Program-made: the position numbers and the translations under genes
Notes under the pieces: model-generated
Told to the model about the DNA's origin: nothing
Seen by the model: the letters and a program-made list of their open reading frames with translations, nothing else
Database searches by the model: none
Assembly: GCF_036588685.1 (NCBI RefSeq)
Contig: NC_086374.1
Location: forward strand, 17,732,001-17,796,000
Direction of reading: 5' to 3'
DNA length: 64,000 bases
Source of the DNA: Mytilus trossulus
Taxonomy: Eukaryota
Part shown: positions 1 through 11,752 of the stretch, one piece after another
How the letters are laid out: every line of letters starts with the position of its first letter
How positions within the stretch are numbered: position 1 is the stretch's first letter

Positions 1-852
1 CCACAATTATTATTTTTTCGCAAATTGCGAAAATGGCGACCGCCAGCGGAAACCCTGTGTATATGTAAAAACTATTTTAGTTGTGATATGCAAATTAAAA
101 TATAAAGATGCGTTTTCAACTTGCACTTCATTTACAACATGACTGACCAGTTAAACAGTTTGATTTGATGAAACAAAGAGCAAATGTGTTAGCATTATTT
201 GAATGAATTGCAATATATTAAATGCCCTCCTATGGAAGAATCAACAATTTAGAAGAATTTCAAAACATGGATGAAATAAAAATAGATGACCTAACCATCC
301 AATTTGAAGTAAACCCTCATCCTGAGTTAGAAATATAGATCTATTTTGTTTTTTGAATGTCTGGTAATTAAAGAAATATCTAGATATTTTTTTGTTAGAA
401 TGATAACAAATTACTGAGTTATCTCCCCTTAATTTTTAATTTCTAGTGCATATTATCCAAATTATATCTTGAAATACCATAACAGGAAAAGGAAACTGTG
501 AACAAAAAGTATCTGAGTGCACAATTACATTCGGAAGTTAAATTAATGTAAGAATAAACATGTTTCTGTAAAATGTTTTCACCCCTGTCTGATTCAGGGT
601 CTGTTACAGTGAAACCTATAATCCAGTGGCATTAATACTTATAAATAAATCTGTGTGTTATCTCATATATTTCAAAATTTTTGATTCTGTACACAGTATG
701 AAATGAAGTCTTACATTAGAGAATATCATAGGTATGCCATCAAAAAATTCCCAGACAAAAAAAATAACAAAAGACTTCAGGTATTGTCTTGTAAGTATTC
801 TTTTATAAACACTTTACAATTTAAATAATTAAAATCTTATTTTCCATTGTAG

Positions 853-3203
853 GTGCTTTTGCCAATGTTAACAGTTTAGTAAATGCTGTAACAGGGAGAT
901 ATGAGCACCAAGGCAAACAGAATGACCAAGATGCTACTCCATTGTTACAGGAACATAGTCAAAGTTCGGATACCCAGGTAATACCTCCTGATAAAGGAAT
1001 GTCAGTCCGTCCGTCCATCAATGCATCACACACAACCTTTTAAAAAAATGTGCAACACAGAAGTGGTTCAATTTTGCTATCCGTAAAATGTTGGCATTGT
1101 GAGTTTAATAAGAAAGAGTCCATAGCTAATTTTTCCAGTTTAACCTTAAAACAGATTTTAGCGTCCATTTGTTTTTCATTCTGAAAAAAAAAAATACCTC
1201 TTCTTTTGTGGCTGTTTAAAAGTAAGGACTTTGTCAAACTTCATGTAGAGGAGGATGAATATTTTTTAATGCATGATGCTTGAAGAGTGCCACTTGGCTG
1301 TTCTAACCCATGCTACAAAGTTGCAGCTGTTAAAGATTTTGACCAACCTGTCCCTCAATCTGTTAGTAATCCTTTCATCATAATAAAAGTCATTGATATT
1401 ATCATTAACATCCTCAGCTTCCCTTTCTAACCTATATATATCTTTCTTTTACAGAGGAGAGTGACCTCTAGTTCCAGTGTGCCAAAGTCCACCTCGTCCA
1501 TGACACTTCCTGTTTCCAGTCCTTCCACACACTCCCAGTTTGAGGAATGTCAGGGGGGACAACAGTTTATTCCAGCATCAGAGGTGTTCCAGACAGGAGG
1601 AGGACATACAAGTCCCCAGGATGTGGAAAGAAGGCTTGATGAATTGACAAGGTAAAAGCGCTCTGGATACCCTTATTTTATAGTGTTATTCTTATTTATT
1701 TTAACCAATTATTCAGCATTTAAAGTAAATCAGTATGAATATATAAAAAGAACTTATGGGTCAAACTTTTCTTCCATCTTTAATCATGAAATTTATACTG
1801 ATTTCATTTGAAAATTTTTATGCATTAGGCAAGATAAGATTTTAGCACCAGCCTTTTGTAGTACTGTTGGCATTTTTTTACTTTTTCATTTTTTTCACAG
1901 ATTAGAGATCATTGTCAGTTTAGGAAATGATTTCTATTTTTTTTTCTATTTTTATCTTAACAGACAACTGAGTCGACTAGAGAACAAGATGTGTTCAGAT
2001 ATTGCTATGATATTGGATATATTACGAACACAACTTGGTCCTGCACAAAACGTCCAGTCCGATACCCAGGAATCTCCCCCTGATGGTAACCTGCCCCCAC
2101 CCCCAGACTATAATCAGATCAGTGAGTTTGATGATGATACAATCTCAAGTCCAGGATCAACAGCCAATGACACAAGCCACCTGGTATATCAGGAGAGGCT
2201 GGTATGTAAGTGTTCTTTTATTTACTTACACTATCTTTAAAGAAATGTCAGTATAAAAAAACAGATGTTTACTATTTGATTATTATAATGTTTAAAAAAT
2301 ATATTGATTTTTACCATAATGCAACATGGGCACATTTATTTTACCAACTATAAGTATGGCAGTTTGTGTCCATTGGTTCCTTTCTCAGAACCATGCAGTC
2401 AATGATATTTAACCATTTTGTTATTATGCCAATGAGACAATTATCTACCAGAGACAATATAATTTGGCTGTAAATTATTTTAACAAAAATGCCCATGAAT
2501 AATAACTCTTGATAAATTGGATGCTATCTAAACACATGCCCTTTATTGTCATCTTCCCTGCTGAACTGAAGCTGAAGTGATTACTGATGAGAAGATTTTT
2601 TAAAGAACTTGCAAAGACTATAAATGGATTTACACTAGTAATTTTGGGGCCTTTTATAACTTGCTGTTCGGTGTGAGCCACATCTCTGTGTTGAAGCCAG
2701 TACCTTGATCTATAATGGTTTACTTTTATAAATTGTGACTTGGAGGGAGAGTTGTCTCATTGGCACTCATACCGCTTCTTCCTTTATCTATATAAAATTC
2801 AAATACATGTAGTAGTATGACATGATACATGTAATGATATAGCAGTTCATCATACATCTATTTCTAATTTTGCTGAAAAGCCTTTTTATTTTATGATTTT
2901 TTTCAGGATCACCAGTGTTTAGAATCACCATGGATACGAAGATCTGAAGAAGAACTAGAAAAAAATAAACAAAAATATACAGATTCAAAGACATATAAAG
3001 TGGAAAGTCAAAATAAGGCCATGCCAAATAAAAAATCAACACATGATCAGCCACTTACTAGTCTATCAGGAGCATGCTCAACAACTGACAATATAAACCA
3101 ATCAAATGCAGACTCTCAAAAGAGCATATCAGAAGTGTCTACCACAATCAGTGCAGACAAACCTTCTAAAACTGTTGGTTCAAAACAACATACAGATGTG
3201 TAG
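853..3203 (+). CDS. 3' coding exons of an ERG/KCNH2-6-7-like voltage-gated K+ channel: join(853..977,1455..1651,1964..2201,2907..3203); 5' part lies outside the window
   Basis: GT-AG exons with consistent phases. Spliced peptide DVERRLDELTRQLSRLENKMCSDIAMILDILRTQL resembles the C-terminal coiled coil of hERG ([35 protein letters not shown], recalled); GAFANVNSL resembles ERG GAFSGVSNI. Ends in HTDV*. Confidence 0.8.
2628..2790 (+). repeat. Dispersed short repeat; related copies at ~20810-20960, ~34278-34432 and reverse ~58055-58170
   Basis: Shared core ggggccttttatagct...gagagttgtctcattggcactcatacc recurs in the window. Confidence 0.7.
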
Positions 3204-5381
3204 TAGCGATATGGAGTGACTAGCAATATTCCAGTTTTTTGTTTGATAGTAGCCAAAGTTCTTTACAAACTAAAACAAACAGGTATCAACCAATTTACTG
3301 CAACTGGTCAGTGTAATTTGTTCTTTGATCTAAAATTAATTTAAATAGTTGTTAGAAAATATAATTAATACTGCTCTTATAAAACAACTGATGTTTGCTT
3401 TCTGTTTTTCATGTGTTCTGCCTCAGGAATTTTTGTTTCAACATACTTGTTATTTTAAAGACAACTAACTGTCTAATTGATCACTTGCAATAAAAATGGT
3501 TAACACTTGTGTGGTTTCAGTTGTAATTGTTGAAGTTTTTGTTTCTTATTTGTTTTTTGTTTATTGTTTAACATCATGTTGATTTTTGTGTAAAAATTGT
3601 ACAAATAAGTGCTTACTGACGAATTGTGATTGCTTGTATAATATTGATACTTACTATTGATACTTACTGACAGTTAGATGTTACTTATTTACTAATTACT
3701 GTTGTTCAGTGAATATACAGATAATGTTTTAAGAACTAAGTACACTGTAGTATATTAACAATAAGCCAATACCTATTTCAAAATCACATTAGAGACAATG
3801 CAGCAGAAGACAAAATAATACATTCTTAGGCTGAAATTTAAAGTTTTTGTTTAAAGGTTAAACACAGATTGATATACGACATATGTTCTTTTCAAGTAAC
3901 TGGAAAAGATTCTTCCAAAAGAGGTTTTTAAAAAAGTGAACAGAAAGTTATAGCTCTGAACCGAAGTTGACCATAAAGTAATAAAATCATAGTAAAACTA
4001 TTATAAAGGGGAGATAATCATATTTACTAACTTCATGTAATAGTTTTGTGGGGAGGGTGTATTCTTTTGTGAGTTCCCTCAAAGTTCTAGTTTTACTTTA
4101 TTATTTAGAGTTTATGTTTACATCAATATGCTATTCAGGACTGATATGTTGAATTTATATTAGTCCGCTAGTGTTGGGCCAGTAGAATTTCTAGTAGAAT
4201 TCTGGTGGTGTATTAACACATCAATTCAGTAACAAAGAATTTTCTTTTTGACCAACAGGGGTTAACTATATGGTTCTTATAGGGCAAACAGCTTTAATGT
4301 CAACTCCTGCTAGAACAATCAATTAAACTTTCTCAGACAGAAAGAAAATTGCAACTTCTATTTTGATTTTTTTTTACTCTCATTGATTTCTTAATTATCA
4401 AAGCCAAATAAAATACTGGTCTCTGCCTTCTGAAGAGGATGTGCATATATGGATCACAAAATAGATGTACATATTTCATGGATTTTTGTTTTCTGCATTC
4501 ATCAGTTACATTATTTGAACTTTCATAAACACATGAATTACAATACAAAAAATGTACATCTTTTATATAAAAAAAAATGATAAATGCATCAAGTTATGTT
4601 ATATTTGTGTTAACTTTTTAGATATAGTATTACAGATGTTTTAACATTTTACCTTGTCCATTAGTGATGTCAGCTTCTGCTTGCATCTATATTTGATTCA
4701 ATCAACAAATACAGTTATCAAATTAATTCTGTTCCTTACTGTTCTAACCATATTGGAATAGTTTAACATTCCTTGTTATTCATTTAGTTTTGTATATACA
4801 CAATTACCAATGTTTGCCTCCATTAAAATACTCCTTGTTTTTGTTATGTACATATGTATAATTATATTGTTGCAGTGTGATAGATGTTTGTTTGAATGAA
4901 TGATCCAAACCTGTATTGGATTTACATAAAATCAAATTAGCAAGTTCTTTATTTTAAAAATTAAATAGAAAAAGTTGATTGTTTTAAAATTAAGGTAGAA
5001 AAGGACAAGATATTGCTAATTTTTAGCTCAAGAAGGTCATCCTTTCAAATTTCTTTGATAACTTTATCAATGCTGGAATGGGATGAAAATTCACTAATTT
5101 GGTTTGGAAATGACTTGATTAAAACCAGAATGTCAGTTAAATGTTGTTCAAATACCAAATATTTCAAGTGGCATATTCTTAAATTTCAGCTGTTGTTAAT
5201 CAATTGTATCTGCCTTGGAAATATATCATTTTAAGGTCATGGAAATCACTAGGAATAACCAATGGGTGTAGAATATTTGATAGATGATGGTTAATAGTTC
5301 TAGGGATAGAAAATCAGGATCTCACACCTTCTTTTATGAAAATAAAAATCATTCACAGCTTTAAAATATCAAAGTACAGTA

Positions 5382-5587
5382 CTGTAAATTCAGAAATTAT
5401 TGCGTGCATTTATTATTGCGATTTTGTCATTTTACACTTGAATGCGATTTTAATTTTTACGATTTTGAGAAAAGTCATGCTTAATTCAGTTAAAATTTTA
5501 CAAAATGCGAGTTTTAATTATTGCGTTTACAACTCAGTCGCATTATTCGCAATAATAAAAACCTCGCAATAATTTCTGAATTTACAG
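5382..5587. mobile_element. MITE with TA target-site duplication (Tc1/mariner-like)
   Basis: TIRs CTGTAAATTCAGAAATTATTGCG / CGCAATAATTTCTGAATTTACAG, flanked by TA on both sides. Confidence 0.85.
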
Positions 5588-6564
5588 TATATGATTGTGC
5601 AAACTATCTAGGCATGATAAACAATACATGTTTTTACTTCTGTGAAGTTGTGTGAATCTGATGAGTTTGCTAAATCTGATGTCTCATTTTTAGAGTCTTA
5701 TGCTTGATGCATGATAAAGAACCCTTCCAACAACAATTTTTTATTGGTCCTTCAGACATCTATTGTAAGGCAAAATATATGCTCTCACCCCCTTTTTGTG
5801 ACAATTCCAGCAAGTCAATTCACTTTCAGAACCTACCTATTTGATATATTGTGTCTTTCCTTCTTGGTTTGAATATGCATGGGAATAGCTACTGAACCTT
5901 TGATAAAAAATAGTTATGAAGCCTTAACTCAATGCCATTTTATATTAATGGACAGAGGTAACAGCTGTGTGTGTAGTCCATCTTATTTTACCTAAGATCT
6001 TTAACATTTTAAAGTCATTATTTCTAAACATTCATAAGATGGCGGCCCTTTTCTCAAAACATCTCAGAACATGGTCTGTGTAGGATAAAATATTTTTTTT
6101 GCAAGTGCCATGACATTGTATACATGTGCATTATAAGACTTTTTTTGATCGGTTTTATCAGCTTAATTTCCAAACAGTTACAGACTTTGCATTGAGTTTT
6201 TTCATCCCAAATAAGTTAACAGATGTATTGGTCATGATATTCATTTACTAGTACATAAGGTCAGTTTCTATCTGATTGTCCTCATATGACTAAAATATCA
6301 TACAATTGCCTCTTCAAGCAATTTAATATTTCATAATTGTAAACATTTTGTGGAAGAGTCACACAAATTGAATTAACTTATTTTGTTGTCTTGATTATTT
6401 TTAACAGTCTTAAAAAGTCAGAATAATGAGATTAGTACTGTTATTATGTTTATCATTGTACTTAAATCATGGCAGTCATTTTGTATGTTTTGTAGAGCGA
6501 GTAAGATTTGGTTTGACAGATAAAGTTCTGTAAAAAAAAAATCTTTGTTGTTTTTCTCTGATGC

Positions 6565-7270
6565 CATTTTAAAGCTTATATGTCCCAAAAGGGCCAAGTG
6601 AGCTTTTCTCATCACTTGCCGTCTCTTGTCCTCACTAAAGTTTTACAAAAATCTTCTCTAAAACTTATTTTGCCAAAAATCACCAAACTTGGCCTATATC
6701 ATCCTTAAGGTACCTAGTTTTAAAGAAAATGTATCCCATGACTCTGGCCATCATGGCTTAACATAGAATATAAGGGTAAAATGCAGTTTTTGAGCCAATT
6801 TGACATTGGGTTTTAAGGTTCATCAGTTCAAGACCTATCCGCTCTGAAATTTTCAGATGCATCAGACAACCTGTTGTTGTGAAGCTGCCCCTGAATTGGT
6901 AATTTTAAGAACAATTTGAATTTGTTGTTACTGTCTTGCATATTATAAAAGATAGAGATAAACTTTAAACAGCAAAAGTTTTCAGCAAAGTAAGCTCTAT
7001 AAATAAGTCAACATGATCAACATTGTCTATTGCCCTTCCTGAAGTTCTCACCATTTAAAGGCAATTTTTCGTAAAGTTTTACATAAATATTTTCCTTTTA
7101 TTTAAACTACTGGGCCTATTTCATTATACATAGATAAACAGCAAGAATGTTCAGTAAAGAAAGATCTACAAACACATCAGCATTACCAAAAACAGAGAAT
7201 TTTGTCATGAATTCTGTTTTTGTCTATAATGTGTGTCCTTTGTTTAATATGCACAAAGACTAAGGTAAGG
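6565..7270 (+). mobile_element. Probable non-autonomous Helentron/HINE-like remnant
   Basis: T-rich start followed by ...aaagggccaagtgagcttttctcatcacttg and internal accaaacttggc motifs of the kind also seen at 23985-24680; boundaries approximate. Confidence 0.35.
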
Positions 7271-8200
7271 AAGTTTGCAGTTTTTGGGTTGGAACACACA
7301 ATTATATGTACATAAAAATAAATTTTGGTACACAGTGCAATTTTTTTCTATTCTTGGAAATAATTTTGAAAATCTTGAAAGAAATGCTCATTCAATGTTC
7401 CAAACGTCTTCAGTATTTTCTAATATCAGGGTCAGGTGTCCGCTTTGCCTGTCTCTATTGCTATGTAAAATCTGAGACTATAGAAGTCTCAGGTAAAATA
7501 AGGTATTCCATAACATATCAAAATGCTAAATCCAATATGATTTGTGCTTCCCTGACAATGACTTCGATGATACAACAACCATGTCAATTGATTTGTGTAG
7601 TATTTTAATATATCCTGTATGATGTAAAGGAGAAATCATCAATCTTGACAAGACAAATTTGTTAATCATCAATTGCTTTGATCAGATTTGTTGCAAATAC
7701 GACAAACTCTGTGCCATTGGTGGTTCTTAAATTATTTGGATTTAGAATTTTTAAGTATTTTGGATTGATTTAGCTTTAGATTTAAGTGAAATACAAGTGG
7801 TTTAAACAAAAGTTTCTCACATTGGAGATGTACAGTATTGAAAAAAAAAGGTTGAAGAAAATCCATTAGGGTTGCACGTGGCATAAACTTGATACATTCT
7901 ATATGCATCATTCAAAGACCAAAACGAACACAAGGAAAAAACTAGTCTGAATCTGTAATATATATTCTGCCAATGTAGGCACACCTCTTCCGAGTATTGG
8001 TTTTTCACATCATGAATAAAAATATCTTCCACCAATATCACTATACACTATTTACATTGTTCATCATATTCTTGACGATAAAATTGGACTTAATGTCAAT
8101 ATCATCAAATCATTAAATATTTTAAAATCTAAAAATATTTATCTAAAGATATCACTGTTTAAGAGTAGACAACCAATTGACACTTAGGATTCATAAAATG

Positions 8201-11200
8201 TTACTTTCTTTTCTTTTTCTTTATATCATCTAATTGCAACAGTCTATATCTTTCACAATGGAGATTGTAACATAATCGCCTACATTTTGGATCTATAATG
8301 TTCTGTATCACTTTAAAAACTTTTTCATTTCTTAACATTGTCATGTAATTAAAGGGATCTATGATCAGTTGTAAAATGTCAAAATGTTCACCTTTCATAT
8401 TAAAAGCAGCTAGTTCTTCACTACAGGAATTAATTAAATCTTCCAAAATTGGTTTTCTGATATCTTCTAAACTTTTACACGTTAATAAGAAATGTGGTAA
8501 AGTTTCTTCTGTTTCATTACACAGTTTGCATATAGACAGTTCTGTATTACTTTTAAACTTGGCTCTAACTGTTTGCAGAATGTAACTCCCAGTAGCTATT
8601 TTCAATTTTGTAGGAATTCTAATAATTTCCCTTGAATTCATAGTATTTGTATTTGCAATAGGATGACATTGTCCTGGTTTATATATCAACGATAAGTATC
8701 TTAAACTGGTATAAAGTTTTGCTTGATTCAGTATCTTCTCAATCCAGAATTTTTGAACTTTGGAAGTTATTTCCCTTTTCCATTGGTATTTACTAATTGG
8801 ATTAACTAAGTATTGTGCAGGATCATTAAGTTCATATTTCAAAAATATTTTCCTCAGTAAACTAAACCAGCTATTACTATTAATAGATTTAACATTTAAT
8901 TGCCTTTCCGCTAGTTGCCATTCAATAGAATTTTTTCCTTGTCTAGTAATATTTCCATAAAAAGTTAAAATTTTTACATCTATTTGAGCTTCTACAGGTA
9001 ACATCCCAGAAATCATATATATAGCAGGATCTGCTACTGTTTTTGGTAAAGATAACAATTGTTTCAAGAACTTCTTAAATTGGATATTTAAAGTTTCTAA
9101 ACATCTTCCTCTAGGGATTACTATTTCCAATCCATAAAACATTATCGGTATAAAATAAGTATTCATTATTGACATTGAAGTTTGTGGATCTAATCCATTT
9201 TCGCCATAAAGTCCAACCCCCATTAAACTATATAGTGTCCTTCTTGCTTTCTTTAAATTCTCATCTATTGTTGCTTTACATGAATCATCGTCTGTACGAC
9301 ATATTCCTATATGTGTTGCTTTATTAGAAGTTGGAAGAACAGAATTGCCTAAATTCCAAAAATTTTCATTTACTTTCTCATGGTGACGTGATTTAGACTG
9401 TATAACACAACTTTTTGCTGGTTGTAGTAAGTATGCCTCACGTTTACTAAAATCAAAGGCCATATCAATTAAAATTTGCGTTTCATACGGACAGTTACTA
9501 AGAATGGCTAAATCATCTGCGCAAGTAGGAGCACAACAAGAAATAGATCCAATTTTGCCTCCATATCCTGAATCAGCTAAAATGTCTAAAAGTGTATTTA
9601 TATAGATTTTGTACAAGTCTGCACTAAGAGTCCCTCCTTGTCTTACGCCTTGTTCTATTCTAAAAGTGTCCGATATTTGATTATTCCATTTAACACAAGA
9701 AACAGCATTTTTATATAGATTATCAATAATTAAAATTGATTGTTCCGGAATTTTCATTTGATATAATCTTCTGATAAGCCCAGCATGTTTAACAGCATCG
9801 AATGCAGATTTTGCATCAAGCATAGTTATTATTATTTGATCATTTAACTCGATACATTCCTTGTGATATTCTTCTATAATAAAAGAGCAGTTTAATGGTG
9901 CTGTTCTTTTAGTAAAGCCACGTTGTAATGGATTTTGATATTTTATAATGTCAGGATTAATTCTGATCTTTAAAACAGCCTCAATGAGTTTGGATAATGT
10001 TGGAGTAATTGTTATTCCACGATAATTTTTACTGTCTTTACAACTTCCTTTATTCTTAAAGAGCGGAATTACTATCCCTAATTTCTGTTCGTCTGGTATA
10101 TAACAAAGTCTAAAAGTACTATCCAAGAGTTCTTTAAGGTGATAAATAAGAGATTGTCCTCCATATAATAAGTTTTCAGTTGAAACTCCAAATATATCTG
10201 GTGATTTATTTAAATTTAATAACTTCAAAGCTTCTACTATTTCATTTTCAGTAATACTTTGGTGCTGAAACATAGCTCTACAAATGTCAATTATATCAAT
10301 ATATTCTTGTTCGATCTTTTGTTGATATTTGTTATCAAAATGTTCATGAATAGAATTTTTTGTTAAATTTTCAAAATGATGTTTCCATCCACTTAAAATG
10401 TTGTTTTCTGTACTATACACTGTGTCTCCTACAGATAGTTCATCTATATGATTACTTAATCTTCCCCTCTGTTTTTTAATAAGTCTATAAAATGAATTTT
10501 TGTTTTTGATATTTGCTTCCATTATTTTTTCTCTTTCATCGATTCTATTCATCGCAACTGCCTTGCGACAGTGTTTACGTAAATTATAAGTTGTCTCTTT
10601 TTTCTGAATATAAAGTTCATTCCTTGGATCTTCCGACCGCCCATTAATCTTCCATTGATAAAAAGCCTTTTTTTTCATTGCAATTGCGCCAGAAATATCT
10701 TCATTCATTACTTTTAATTTTGGTTTTCTATATCTTTTTCGAGGAGTTGGACAACAACTTTTTGCTGAATTGAAGAGTAAACTGTTCATATTTTGAAAAG
10801 CAATATCCACTTCATATTTATTTTCTAAAGATGATGAAAAATTATCTAATCCATTTTCAACTAAAGTTTTATATGCGTCTTTATCTATTTTTTTCCATGG
10901 AGTTTTTCCAGAGGGTAGAATATTTGAATTTGAACATTTCAATTTTTCTTTAGCATTGATGATATATTTCAATTTTGCTTTAACAGGAAAATGATCAGAC
11001 ACGTTAGTAGCTACATTGTCCATTGTTTCCATACTGATCACATTCTCTTTAAAATCTTGTTTAAAAAGTAAAAAGTCAATAGTTGAAGTTCCTTTACCAC
11101 TACAATTTACAAAAGTAATACCATTTTCTTCAGTATATAAACTATTTTCATTCAAAAAGTCTACTAAATATTTGTTTCTTCTCGTATCTATTTTACTTAA

Positions 11201-11752
11201 AATATTTTCGTTAAAATCGCCACCAATTATAATAGAGTGAGAGTCGCTATAACTTTGAACGATTTCATGTAGTTGGTCTATACAGTTATAAAATTCTAAT
11301 GAGTCAGATGGTGTTCCTTTACATGGTAAATAAACAGATACTAGGAGTAGCTTTGAAGATCCTAAAAGTTCAACACAGCAAATTCTATCGTTTCCAATAT
11401 CTAACGGATTAATAAAATTGTCAAGGTCTTTTCTCCATAAAATTCCTGTTCCCCCATAACCACGAGGTAAATTGGTTGGATTTATTGGATCTTTATCATC
11501 GACCGCTTTTCCAATTCCACAAATATTTTGATGAAGTTCATTAAGTAAATTCAGTTGAAAATTAAACAGCCAATGTTCTTGAATTAAAAATATATCTGTT
11601 GATTTAAAAAGTTCATCAAAAAACATACCGCATGTTTGTATATTTTTACAATTAAAAGTTAAAATATTAAGTTCTTTCTTTTTATCATCCTCTCTACTTT
11701 CATGATTTAATTGTTCCATTATGTCGGTTGGACACTGAGGCTTGTTTTCCAT
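8201..11752 (-). CDS. LINE ORF2: AP endonuclease + reverse transcriptase + C-terminal Cys/His zinc motif (start may be 11719 or reached by frameshift)
   Basis: APE motifs TFNC, IQEHW, GDFN, IDF, SDHFP; RT motifs LQRGF, LDAKSAFD, GVRQGG, CADD; CKLC..ETLPHFLLTC; 1183 aa without a stop. Confidence 0.95.
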   Translation of the reverse strand: MENKPQCPTDIMEQLNHESREDDKKKELNILTFNCKNIQTCGMFFDELFKSTDIFLIQEHWLFNFQLNLLNELHQNICGIGKAVDDKDPINPTNLPRGYGGTGILWRKDLDNFINPLDIGNDRICCVELLGSSKLLLVSVYLPCKGTPSDSLEFYNCIDQLHEIVQSYSDSHSIIIGGDFNENILSKIDTRRNKYLVDFLNENSLYTEENGITFVNCSGKGTSTIDFLLFKQDFKENVISMETMDNVATNVSDHFPVKAKLKYIINAKEKLKCSNSNILPSGKTPWKKIDKDAYKTLVENGLDNFSSSLENKYEVDIAFQNMNSLLFNSAKSCCPTPRKRYRKPKLKVMNEDISGAIAMKKKAFYQWKINGRSEDPRNELYIQKKETTYNLRKHCRKAVAMNRIDEREKIMEANIKNKNSFYRLIKKQRGRLSNHIDELSVGDTVYSTENNILSGWKHHFENLTKNSIHEHFDNKYQQKIEQEYIDIIDICRAMFQHQSITENEIVEALKLLNLNKSPDIFGVSTENLLYGGQSLIYHLKELLDSTFRLCYIPDEQKLGIVIPLFKNKGSCKDSKNYRGITITPTLSKLIEAVLKIRINPDIIKYQNPLQRGFTKRTAPLNCSFIIEEYHKECIELNDQIIITMLDAKSAFDAVKHAGLIRRLYQMKIPEQSILIIDNLYKNAVSCVKWNNQISDTFRIEQGVRQGGTLSADLYKIYINTLLDILADSGYGGKIGSISCCAPTCADDLAILSNCPYETQILIDMAFDFSKREAYLLQPAKSCVIQSKSRHHEKVNENFWNLGNSVLPTSNKATHIGICRTDDDSCKATIDENLKKARRTLYSLMGVGLYGENGLDPQTSMSIMNTYFIPIMFYGLEIVIPRGRCLETLNIQFKKFLKQLLSLPKTVADPAIYMISGMLPVEAQIDVKILTFYGNITRQGKNSIEWQLAERQLNVKSINSNSWFSLLRKIFLKYELNDPAQYLVNPISKYQWKREITSKVQKFWIEKILNQAKLYTSLRYLSLIYKPGQCHPIANTNTMNSREIIRIPTKLKIATGSYILQTVRAKFKSNTELSICKLCNETEETLPHFLLTCKSLEDIRKPILEDLINSCSEELAAFNMKGEHFDILQLIIDPFNYMTMLRNEKVFKVIQNIIDPKCRRLCYNLHCERYRLLQLDDIKKKKRK

